Positions 10,620 to 20,534 of a stretch of 64,000 nucleotides of DNA are shown here, piece by piece (position 1 is the stretch's first letter; every line of letters starts with the position of its first letter). Under the pieces are notes generated by a model. The model saw nothing but the letters and a program-made list of their open reading frames with translations, did not search any database and had not been told where the DNA came from. Position numbers and translations under genes: made by a program. Source of the stretch: Eledone cirrhosa (Eukaryota). The stretch covers positions 5,022,001-5,086,000 of the forward strand of contig OZ024762.1 of NCBI GenBank assembly GCA_964016885.1, written 5' to 3'.

Positions 10620-13184
10620 CACATATATATATATGTATAGTCCACCATGTAAAGTGTTCGTGATTGTGACATGACAAAAAGCACCCAGTCCACTCTGTAA
10701 AGTGATTGTGTTGGTGACACAACAAAAGTGCCCAGTATTGGTAGAGGGTCGGACGCCATGCTTTGCAGCATAGAGTTACGGCTCTTTATGGTCTGAGTTC
10801 AAATCCCGGCGAGGTTAGCTTTGCCTTTCACCCTTACGGGGTCGATAAAATAAAGTACCAGTGATACACTGGGATAATTGCTGGCCTTGTGCCAAAAGTA
10901 GAAACCATTATTATTATTATTATTATTTGTTTTCCCAGGTAGTTGTTGAAGACATCCTCTCTAAGGACAACTGTATTTGTAAAACAGATGATGGGAAAAT
11001 ACTGGAAGGTAAGTAGCCCTGGGGGCAGTTCCTCATCGCTAACTTCCCACCACCACTCCCTAAAAATGGTATATATCTAAAAATTTAAAGAGCCAACCTT
11101 GCCACATTCTGTGTTGTGCTGAACCTCCCTGAAAACTATGTCAAGGGCACATGTCTGTGGAATGCTCAGCCACTTACAAGTTAATTTCACGTAACCAACA
11201 ACAAAAAGAGAGAAAGAATGTATAATGACCAGTTTAACTCTTTACCATTTACATTACTCTATAATACTGTTGTATTTTCATGGTAAAGGCTTTATCTCAC
11301 ATAATATCAAATCTATGAGATTTTGATGTTATTTATTTTGAGACCAATACCTTAAGCCTTTAGCATTTAAACTGGCTGTATCTGGCCAGCAATCTCAACT
11401 CTTTCTCTTCAAACCGGCTGCAACTGACTGCACATACTGATGTTATGGTTTTGTTCTCAAATAAATATCAAAGTTTCATAGATTGAATATTATGTGAGAT
11501 AAAGCTTTTACCACGAAAATACATTAGTAAATATAGAGTAATGTAAATGGATATGGGTTATGGGTACATGTATGTGTGTGTGGAATACTCAGCCACTTAC
11601 AAGTTAATTAGAGAGAGAAACAATGTGTTTGTTCTTAGTACCACCAATTAAATTGGTGGTACTAAGAATAAACCCTGTTGGTGGTGTTGTATAGTGTCTA
11701 TGGTCAACTCTCTCTCCCCCTCCCTCTCTCTATCTCAGACATTGTTGGTAGTGTATTGTGTCTATGGTCAACTCTCTCTTCTCTGTCTCTTTCTCTCTCT
11801 ATCTCTCTCCCTCCCTCTCTCTCAGTAGTGTTCTACCATGTCCATGGTCAACTCTCTCTGTCTCTCATATATATCCCTATCTTCCAGATATTGGTCAACA
11901 GATGTTAGAAACTGTCATACCCAAGGACAGCCCAGCTTTTGTGATGATTCTCTCTGGAAAATACAGAGGACAGGTAATTATTATAATCTCTGGCCATTCT
12001 CTCATAATTGACCTCATTGTCAGGTCACTGACCTCATTGTCAGGTCACTGACTTCATTGTCAGGTCACTGACCTCACTGCCAGGTCACTGACCACATTGT
12101 TAGGTCACTGACCTCATTGCCAGGTCACTGACCACATTGTCAGGTCACTGATCTCATTGCTAGGTCACTGACCTCATTGCCAGGTCACTGACTTCATTTT
12201 CTGGTCACTGACCTCATTGCCAGGTCACCTACCTTGTCTGGTCACAGACCTTGTGCCTTGACTCTATGGTTACCACTGACAACAGTGGCAGTGTGGTCAA
12301 GATTGTGGACTAACTGATCAAAGTGGCTTATATTTTTAGTCCTGTTGTCATGACAAAAGACACCCAGTACACCCTGTATGCTGCTCAGGTGCTACAACAA
12401 TAAAAGCACACAGTCCACACTGTAAGGTGGTCTTGTTGGTGACAATAAAAAGTATCCAAGTCCACCCTGTAAAGTGGTCATGTTGGTGACACAAAGAGTA
12501 CCCAGTTCACCCTGTAAGGTGGTCATTTTGGTCACATGACAAAAAGCGTCCAGTAAGATGGTCCTTTTGGTGACACGATAAAAGACACCCAATCCACACT
12601 ATAAATATGGTTGTGTTGGTATGATAAAATGTGCCCAGTTCACCCTGTAAAATAGTTGTGTTGGTGACACAATAAAAAGTACCCAGTCCACCGTAAGGTG
12701 GTTGAGTTGTTGACACAATAAAAAGTACCCAGTCCACACTGTAAAGGGGTTAGGAAAGACATCCAGCCATAGAAACCAAATCAGAAACAGTTCTGTATGA
12801 CCAAGACATGGTCATCTGATCTGACTTGTCTCACAATGGGACAACTGGTCCAACCCATGCTGGCGTGGAAAAATGGACATAACGGTGATGGTGATGATGA
12901 TTTTTTTAATGGTTAAAAATTTTAGTTTGAGATTTTAAACTTGCCCCAACCCTGAATATAAAATTGAGTGGAACAGGGGTTTGGGGTGGGGTTGAAATTT
13001 TTTTTTCTTTTTCATTTCTTTTTTGTAATATTTTTGTGTTTCTTTGTAGGTTGCCGAAGTGTTGAAAAGGGACAAGTCGAAATATGTGGCCACTTTACAA
13101 CTGGTCAAGGAGCAAGACACCATACTGAAGCTGGACTATGATAGTATCAGTGAATATATGGGAGATGTCTCAGAATACTGTTGA
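1738..13184 (+). CDS. GPKOW: G-patch domain and KOW motifs-containing protein (spliceosomal Spp2-like factor); spliced span of 10 exons, 5' exon upstream of window
   Basis: Exons 1738-1889, 4066-4205, 4744-4847, 6838-7030, 7546-7678, 8880-9054, 10339-10435, 10939-11008, 11888-11973 and 13050-13184 join in frame with GT-AG sites. They contain the G-patch (FGKAMLRGMGW...LRPKGMGLGAD) and KOW-type C-terminus (LETVIPK...SGKYRGQVAEVL...LDYDSISEY). Confidence 0.93.
2640..3260 (+). repeat. Minisatellite, about 44-46-bp unit (cagtgtctttcattagaaatatggtaatgaaagggttaa...)
   Basis: Visible tandem copies; same unit as 27720-29185. Confidence 0.95.
4066..4205 (+). CDS. GPKOW: GPKOW exon: DANRQNEEW...IPLLLQN...DVSLRPNE
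   Basis: tttag acceptor, gtaagt donor, phase 1 to 0 consistent. Confidence 0.9.
4744..4847 (+). CDS. GPKOW: GPKOW exon, G-patch first half: PEEVEYNSIPIEHFGKAMLRGMGWKDGEGIGKNK
   Basis: aacag acceptor, gtaagg donor; G-patch consensus. Confidence 0.95.
5416..6540 (-). mobile_element. Degenerate RTE-clade LINE, RT domain and C-terminal region
   Basis: AFVDLEK.FDR, VGVQQG.VLSPLLF, LLYADD, CYLG, RRL.WFGHV.., GRPRKT-like motifs; frameshifted. Confidence 0.9.
6838..7030 (+). CDS. GPKOW: GPKOW exon: LVNPTDVVLRPKGMGLGAD...SKGLYGT
   Basis: tttcag acceptor, gtaagt donor; end of G-patch and start of KOW1. Confidence 0.95.
7148..7508 (+). repeat. Minisatellite, about 50-51-bp unit, 7 copies
   Basis: gttgttttaccatggcacc...cccttgacatgg repeated. 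Confidence 0.9.
7546..7678 (+). CDS. GPKOW: GPKOW exon: VVGVDEDNTRVLVKL...YDKYHKYL
   Basis: ttcag acceptor, gtgagt donor. Confidence 0.93.
7831..8036 (+). mobile_element. piggyBac-type MITE; related copies at about 8493-8826, 11233-11560, 23285-23765, 55468-56084 and 62077-62603
   Basis: TIR-like ends ccctttagcatt...aatgctaaaggg with TTAA-like flanks; conserved interior across copies. Confidence 0.75.
8880..9054 (+). CDS. GPKOW: GPKOW exon, charged linker: NKVKVDEYKLEEERKK...KSDHQ
   Basis: tgtag acceptor, AG|gtttgt donor; phases match flanking exons. Confidence 0.85.
9801..9992 (+). mobile_element. tRNA-derived SINE family A; copies at about 1287, 10735, 26831, 27329, 32662, 43571, 54974, 58463, 62103 and 62316
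   Basis: A box tggcagtatcggtag, B box gagttcaaatcc, conserved gcctttcatccttacggggtcgataaaataaagtaccag body, (ATT)n tail. Confidence 0.9.
10339..10435 (+). CDS. GPKOW: GPKOW exon: SSNGDGSIWLRTQIRVRIVEKSYKKGRYYKNK
   Basis: tttcag acceptor, gtaagt donor; WL...RVR.....KKG.YY..K motif. Confidence 0.95.
10939..11008 (+). CDS. GPKOW: GPKOW exon: VVVEDILSKDNCICKTDDGKILE
   Basis: cccag acceptor, gtaagt donor. Confidence 0.93.
11888..11973 (+). CDS. GPKOW: GPKOW exon: DIGQQMLETVIPKDSPAFVMILSGKYRGQ
   Basis: tccag acceptor, gtaatt donor; LETVIPK/KOW2 motif. Confidence 0.95.
12009..12233 (+). repeat. 20-bp minisatellite (tgacctcattgccaggtcac), about 11 copies
   Basis: Exact 20-bp periodicity in the last GPKOW intron. 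Confidence 0.95.
13050..13184 (+). CDS. GPKOW: GPKOW terminal coding exon: VAEVLKRDKSKY...LDYDSISEYMGDVSEYC*
   Basis: tgtag acceptor; TGA at 13182-13184. Confidence 0.93.
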   Translation, partial: VAEVLKRDKSKYVATLQLVKEQDTILKLDYDSISEYMGDVSEYC

Positions 13185-13220
13185 TGGACTTTATTGGTGG
13201 TGTGGGCCACACATGGATGG

Positions 13221-13800
13221 CACTACATGGGGACAGCTCACTTCATGTGGTGTGTTGTGACCACAGAGACACTACATGGGGACAGCTCACTTCATGTGGT
13301 GTGTTGTGACCACAGAGACACTACATGGGGACAGCTCACTTCATGTGGTGTGTTGTGACCACAGAGACACTACATGGGGACAGCTCACTTCATGTGGTGT
13401 GTTGTGACCACAGAGACACTACATGGGGACAACTCACTTCATGTGGTGTGTTGTGACCACAGAGACACTACATGGGGACAACTCACTTCATGTGGTGTGT
13501 TGTGACCACAGAGACACTACATGGGGACAGCTCACTTCATGTGGTGTGTTGTGACCACAGACACTTCATGGGGACAGCTCACTTCATGTGGTGTGTTGTG
13601 ACTACAGAGACACTACATGGGGACAGCTCACTTCATGTGGTGTGTTGTGACCACAGAGACACTACATGGGGACAACTCACTTCATGTGGTGTGTTGTGAC
13701 CACATAGACACTACATGGGGACAGCTCACTTCATGTGGTGTGTTGTGACCACATAGACACTACATTGGGGCAGCTCACTTCATGTGGTGTGGCCACATGG
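13221..13800 (+). repeat. 49-bp minisatellite just after the GPKOW stop
   Basis: cactacatggggacagctcacttcatgtggtgtgttgtgaccacagaga, about 11 copies. Confidence 0.95.
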
Positions 13801-14047
13801 GGGCGGTTTGCTTCATGTGTGTGGCCACACAGTCACTACATGGGGATAGCTTATTTCATGTGGTGGGGCCACAGAGACACTGTATGGGGACAGCTTGCTC
13901 CATGTGGTGCATGTTCTGTTGTGGTTACACACATTACATGGAGACATGTTATACATGGCTGATTTTTATTGATCTCACAGATGTTACATGGTGGCAGTTT
14001 GCTACATACACATAATGGTATGTGTTGACCACACAGACACCACATGG

Positions 14048-14446
14048 GGACAGCATGCTACATGTTCTACATGGCTGAGGTCTATTGGTGTGTGTTGCTG
14101 CCATATATAGACATTACTTGTGGACAGCATGCTACATGTTCTACATGGCTGAGGTCTATTGGTGTGTGTTGCTGCCATACATAGACACTACTTGTGGACA
14201 GCATGCTACATGTTCTACATGGCTGAGGTCTATTGGTGTGTGTTGCTGCCATACATAGACACTACTTGTGGACAGCATGCTACATGTTCTACATGGCTGA
14301 GGTCTATTGGTGTGTGTTGCTGCCATACACAGACACTACCTGTGGACAGCATGCCACATGTTCTACATGGATGAGGTCTATTGGTGTGTGTTGCTGCCAT
14401 ACACAGACACTACCTGTGGACAGCATGCCACATGTTCTACATGGCT
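14048..14446 (+). repeat. 74-bp minisatellite, about 5 copies
   Basis: ggacagcatgctacatgttctacatggctgaggtctattggtgtgtg... repeated. Confidence 0.93.
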
Positions 14447-14781
14447 GGTGTCCAGAGGCAGTTGTTGTTATCAGAGGAATTGGATAACATTGGATCACTG
14501 GATACATGGGGATAACATGGAGTTAGCATGCCACATGTTCTATGTAGGTGATGTTCACTAATGTTTGTTGACCTCACATGGAGAGATTATGTTATACATG
14601 GTTGAAGTTTATTGGTGTGTGTTTGTGTAACTGGTTATGGCTGGACTGGGCTGGTCACTTAGATATTTCATCACTTTATTGGTCATTTTATGCTACATGG
14701 TATGACTGGTCATTCATTGTACATATCATACTGGTCATTTGTAGTGTACAGATCATGCTGGTTCCGACCAGTTGTATCGAC

Positions 14782-16030
14782 CCTACTGGTCATTCTATTA
14801 TATAAACCCTACTGGTCACTCTATCTATTATATAAACCACACTGGTCACTCTATTATATAAACCACACTGGTCACTCTATTATATAAACCACACTGGTCA
14901 CTCTATTATATAAACCCCACTGGTCACTCTATCTTATATAAACCACACTGGTCACTCTATCTTATATAAACCCCACTGGTCACTCTATTATATAAACCCT
15001 ACTGGTCACTCTATCTTATATAAACCACACTGGTCACTCTATTATATAAACCCTACTGGTCACTCTATCTTATATAAACCACACTGGTCACTCTATTTTA
15101 TATAAACCACACTGGTCACTGTCTATTATATAAACCACACTGGTCACTGTCTATTATATAAACCCCACTGGTCACTCTATTATATAAACCCTACTGGTCA
15201 CTATTTTATATAAACCACACTGGTCACTGTCTATTATATAAACCCCACTGGTCACTCTATTATATAAACCCTACTGGTCACTCTATCTATTATATAAACC
15301 ACACTGGTCACTGTCTATTATATAAACCCCACTGGTCACTCTATTATATAAACCCTACTGGTCACTCTATCTATTATATAAACCACACTGGTCACTATCT
15401 ATTATATAAACCCCACTGGTCACTCTATTATATAAACCCTACTGGTCACTCTATCTTATATAAACCACACTGGTCACTATTATATAAACCCTACTGGTGA
15501 CTCTATTATATAAACCCTACTGGTCACTCTATTTTATATAAACCACACTGGTCACTGTCTATTATATAAACCACACTGGTCACTGTCTATTATATAAACC
15601 CCACTGGTCACTCTATTATATAAACCCTACTGGTCACTATTTTATATAAACCACACTGGTCACTGTCTATTATATAAACCCCACTGGTCACTCTATTATA
15701 TAAACCCTACTGGTCACTCTATCTATTATATAAACCACACTGGTCACTGTCTATTATATAAACCACACTGGTCACTGTCTATTATATAAACCACACTGGT
15801 CACTGTCTATTATATAAACCCTACTGGTCACTCTATTTTATATAAACCACACTGGTCACTGTCTATTATATAAACCACACTGGTCACTCTATTATATAAA
15901 CGACACTGGTCACTGTCTATTATATAAACCCTACTGGTCACTCCATGTAGTATAGACTCTACTGGTCACTCCATGTATTATATAAACAATACTGGTCTCT
16001 CCATGTATTATATTCACCATGCTGGTCATT
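14782..16030 (+). repeat. About 26-31-bp minisatellite (tattatataaaccacactggtcactc)
   Basis: About 40 variant copies. Confidence 0.95.
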
Positions 16031-16035
16031 TGTAT

Positions 16036-16110
16036 AATAAAGATCTTACTGGGTACTTTTTAGCAGCCATTTTTAGATCAAATAAAACATTTTTATTTAA
16101 AAAATAAAAG
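16036..16110 (+). terminator. Cluster of AATAAA polyadenylation signals, candidate GPKOW 3' end
   Basis: AATAAA at 16036, 16081 and about 16103; the first such signals I found after the GPKOW stop. Confidence 0.45.
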
Positions 16111-19100
16111 AAAGATATAAACAATTCATCAACTTTGGTTTATAAAGAAGGAAAAGAGAAGAGGAAAAGCAGCATATCATCATCATCACCACCACCACCA
16201 CCACTTTTTAATGTCCATTTTCCATACAAGCATGGGTTAGACGAGTTGTCTCATGAGACAAATCAGATCAGATGACCGTGTCTTACTCATACAGAACTGT
16301 TTCTGGCTTGATTTCTATGGCCTTCCCTAATGCCAACCCATATTTAAAGTGTAGACTGGGTGCTTTTTATCACGGCACCAAAATGACACAGGGTGTACTG
16401 GGTGCTTTTTGTTGTGTCAGCATGATGATGACTTTAAAGTATATACTTGAATATAAGTTGACCCCCCCTCCATTTTGTGTCTGAGAAATAAGCAAGACTT
16501 CAAATCCTGGCAGCTAATCAACACAATATGTTTAGATGGTGCAGGTTTAAAGTTCTCATGAGTGGAGAATATATTTATGAAGTTTTTATATTTTGATTTT
16601 TAAAATGTCATTTAGAGTATAGTTTTTGTTTCACAACTCCATTACATAATGATTTTTTTACCAATTTCCACTGTTTTGAAGGCCATATTTATTCAAAACA
16701 TAAAAAAACAATTGGAAAAACAAATTTCTCCTCCAAAGTAAAACTAGTGTAATATTCACCTGCAAAGTGAAACAGGTGTAATATTCACCTGCAAAGTGAA
16801 ACTGGTGTAATATTCACCTCCAATATTTTAGCACCTCATTTAAGTAAATTTAAAGTTGGTGAAAATTGGCAAAATATTGACCTCGAATATAAGAACACAG
16901 CCCCATTTTACCATTGTTTTGTTTTGTTGCATTTCTTGCCTTATACACAAGTATAGAGGGTAATTAAATACTGAGAGTAAGAGAAAGTGTGGAAGGGAGC
17001 AGCTGACTCTACACCTCAGCACTAGAGAGGTTGCCATGTCCTTGACCAGCCAAAGGGTCCACTCAGCCCTACATTATCTCAATTTGTCACAACCACTTTA
17101 CAGGGGGTACGAGACTGAGTGAATTCCGTTGTGTCACAGTAGTAATGCCATCCCAGCTACTGCAAACTACAAGAGGAACCACTTAAATCTATACAAACTC
17201 CTATCTCTCTCTATATATACTGTTATCGTCCCCTCCCACCTTCTTGTATTGGTGGGCAGGTCTTTTATCCCCCCCCCCCCTGCTTTGTACTGATGGGCAG
17301 GTCTTTTATTCCCCCTCACCCTCTGCTTTGTACTGATGGGCAGGTCTTTTATGACCCTCTCCCTTCCTTATACTAGTGGGCAGGACTTATTGCTCAGCAC
17401 TCATCATCAGTCATTATAATCATGTATTCTTCAAAGGGCTGTAACTCTATGCCATGGTTAACTTTGCCTTTCATCCTTATGGAAGTCTATAAAATAAAGT
17501 ACCAGTAATGCACTGGGGTAATTGCTGGCCTTGTGCCAAAAGTAGAAACAATTATAATCATGTATTCTGTATATAAAGTTTTAAAGTCTTGATGTGGTGT
17601 TGACTCTAGTTTTTTCTTTCTGTGTTGTTTCCATGTCCTTTGAGCAATTGAAAGTTCTTCATCTTTTCCCACTTATTTCTGGGAGAGTCAAGGGGGCAGA
17701 GTCCTCAAAGATTCCTTCCAGCAGGTCCTGTCAGAAGCAACCATCTCCAATTAATCTGGCTGTATCCCTAAGTGAGACCAACTGAGCTTGTGGATGTTAT
17801 CCAACCATCTTGCTCGTGGTTTACCTCTGGGTTTCCTACTTGTTGGTTTTGCCCATAAAATATCTGTCCTGTGATTATTTCCATAGCAATTTATTCAATG
17901 AACATCATTATTTTCATGTCCATTATATTTTCCCTGCTGGTACTGGCTGTCCGAGAATTTTTCACATAGAAAATCAACATCTAAACACCCATGATGATGT
18001 TAATTCTCACATTTTTTTGTTCTTAAAGAACTAACTAGTAGTTAGTATCAATAATAGAAACATTGTTTCCTTGGTCCAACTTGACGAGTTCCACCTCACT
18101 CCAAAAGCGAATGAGGTCTGGGATCTTGTCAATCAAATCAATCGATCGAAAAATACATCTTTTAATGTCTAACTGTTAAGATGTGGGACTTCTGTCAGGG
18201 TAGGACATAAAGATATCACTGGCTGTGGCTTACAATGTTATATGTAAAGTATTGAGAGAAAGAGACACTCACATATATCATCATCATCATTATCCAGCCT
18301 ATCTGTGCTGGCATAAATTACAGACCAAGTCATTATATAATCTGAGCTATTATTCCCCTAGATGGGATGGGGCCCTCATCTCATGCTTCAGTTTTGATAT
18401 GGATTCCACAGCTAGATACCCTTCCAACCACTTTACACAATGTACTTGGTACATTTTATCATGGCACCAGCACTAGTGAGGTTGTCATGTCCTTGACATG
18501 ACTGAACACTTCTCTCAGCTCTTTGTCTAGCATGGCTTCCATAACTGGATGCATAATTTATATACACACATATATGGTATGGTCACGTGATGTGCATGAA
18601 AGACGACATCTGTATAAAAAAGTGCAGGGCGATCAAAATTGATGGAAGTTACAGAGTAGGCAGACCCAGAAAAACCTGGGACGATTTGATAAATTCCGAC
18701 CTTACACACTTGCACCTCTCTAAGACAATGTCACTGGACTGAGATCTTTGGTGCTACGTAGTAATACAGCAAGACACTTTATTTCACATTGTTTCAGTCC
18801 ACTCAACTGGCAACAAGTATAATTGTATCTGTAACTGAAGGGGGCTAACCTTGACACACATTGTGTTATGCTGAATCTCCCTGAGAACTACAATAATGGT
18901 ACACATGTCTGTGGAATGCTCAGCCACTTAGATGTTAAGTTCACAAGCTAGCACTTCCATTGATTGAATTGACTGGAGCACTTGGCATTGGCAACAGCTG
19001 AGGACTCACAACTAAAATAAAATAGAAGTATTGGATGTACAAGAAGATGAAATAATTGACCTGACCCCTAAGAGACCAGATGATTTTAACCCTTTGTCCC

Positions 19101-20399
19101 TGGGTAAGATGTCTCATTTGGGTCACCACAATCAGTGACTCTATTGTTCCTGCCCTCGTCATGCTGCAGTAAAAGTGAGGGTCACTGTATTCTGTAGCTG
19201 AACGGAATAACATTCTAAAATACCGGGAATTATCGGCAAATTATTACCCCCACCCCCTGTCTGTGGCGTTTGAGACATTTAGGGGAGCTGGGTTGATGAC
19301 AACAAAGTTCTTGTCATTGTTGGTTACTCACCTTACCGATGTATCAGGTGATGCTCTTAGAGAGGGCGCTTAGTTATTCCAGCATCTTAGCCACGCTATC
19401 ACCTGTGACAATGCTGTGTATGTGTGGCTTACCGATGTATCAGGTGATGCTCTTGGAGAGGGCGCTTAGTTATTCCAGCATCTTAGCCACGCTATCACCT
19501 GTGACAATGCTGTGTATGTGTGGCTTACTGATGTATCCTAGAGGAGTCAGATACAGCCTATACGAGCGTGACACGGTCACCCAACCAATCTTGCCTCTAG
19601 TGGGACAATTCCCGTCTAACCCCTGATAGCATGGAAGATAGACGTTAAACGATGATGATGATGATGATATATATATATATATATATATTAAATGCACTCC
19701 GTCGGTTACGATGATGAGTGTTCCAGTCGATACAATCAACGAAACAGCCTGAGTGGACTGGAGCAACGTGAAATAAAGTGTCTTGCCCAAGGATACAGCG
19801 CGCCGCTGGGAATCGAATTCCCGACCTTATGAAACCCTAACCACAGAGTCACGCCCCCCCCCCCCCCATTTATAATTACATAATAAACAACACAATATAA
19901 TTAACTATTTATAATAGTTAACAATTTCACCTGATGAACGAATAGGATGTTTCTGTAAAAATCGTCTAGTTTCTTGAAACATTTGGTAATGGAATAATTA
20001 TACTCTGTTGTTTATTATGTAATTAAATAGCTTTGTGCAATACACAGAGCACTCTTCTTTCCTTTACTTTTTCTACGAAAATACTTCACACGCACTCACA
20101 CACACATATATATGAGAGGAGCATAGAAAATGAATTCGTGGAATCAAACAATTTTCATGTTTTTTTTATTTTTATTTTATTACCTGACATATTTATTATA
20201 GCTATAGCTACATGCTTACTGTAAAACACCTGTTTTATATCCAACAAGTGAAAGTGAGGGGGGTTAACTTTCAACAGGTGGGACTTTACTTCATTAGAGC
20301 ACCTTTTTTCATAAAACACCGATCTGTGTGTTTATGGCGGTATTTGCGGTGTGATTCGATAATTTGGAATATTACTGTTCTCTTCACTTGTTTATCAAC

Positions 20400-20534
20400 A
20401 TGCCTCCAGTTTTGCGACTGCTTTTTGTTTTAATTGTCTCTTCAACTTTATTCATCGGCATCGTGGATATCTTCTTCAACGTGGAGTCTAACGGTTGTGA
20501 GATGACATACATGTACGAAACCCCACAATTTATC
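20400..20534 (+). CDS. PGAP1: PGAP1 exon 1: [45 protein letters not shown]
   Basis: aacATG start; gtgagt donor; signal-anchor followed by C.MTYM motif. Confidence 0.93.

Noticed and set aside
13221-16030. CRISPR-like appearance of regular repeats (also 2640-3260, 27728-29185, 32851-33376)
   Set aside because: No unique spacers, no cas genes, eukaryotic intron/UTR context; these are plain tandem repeats
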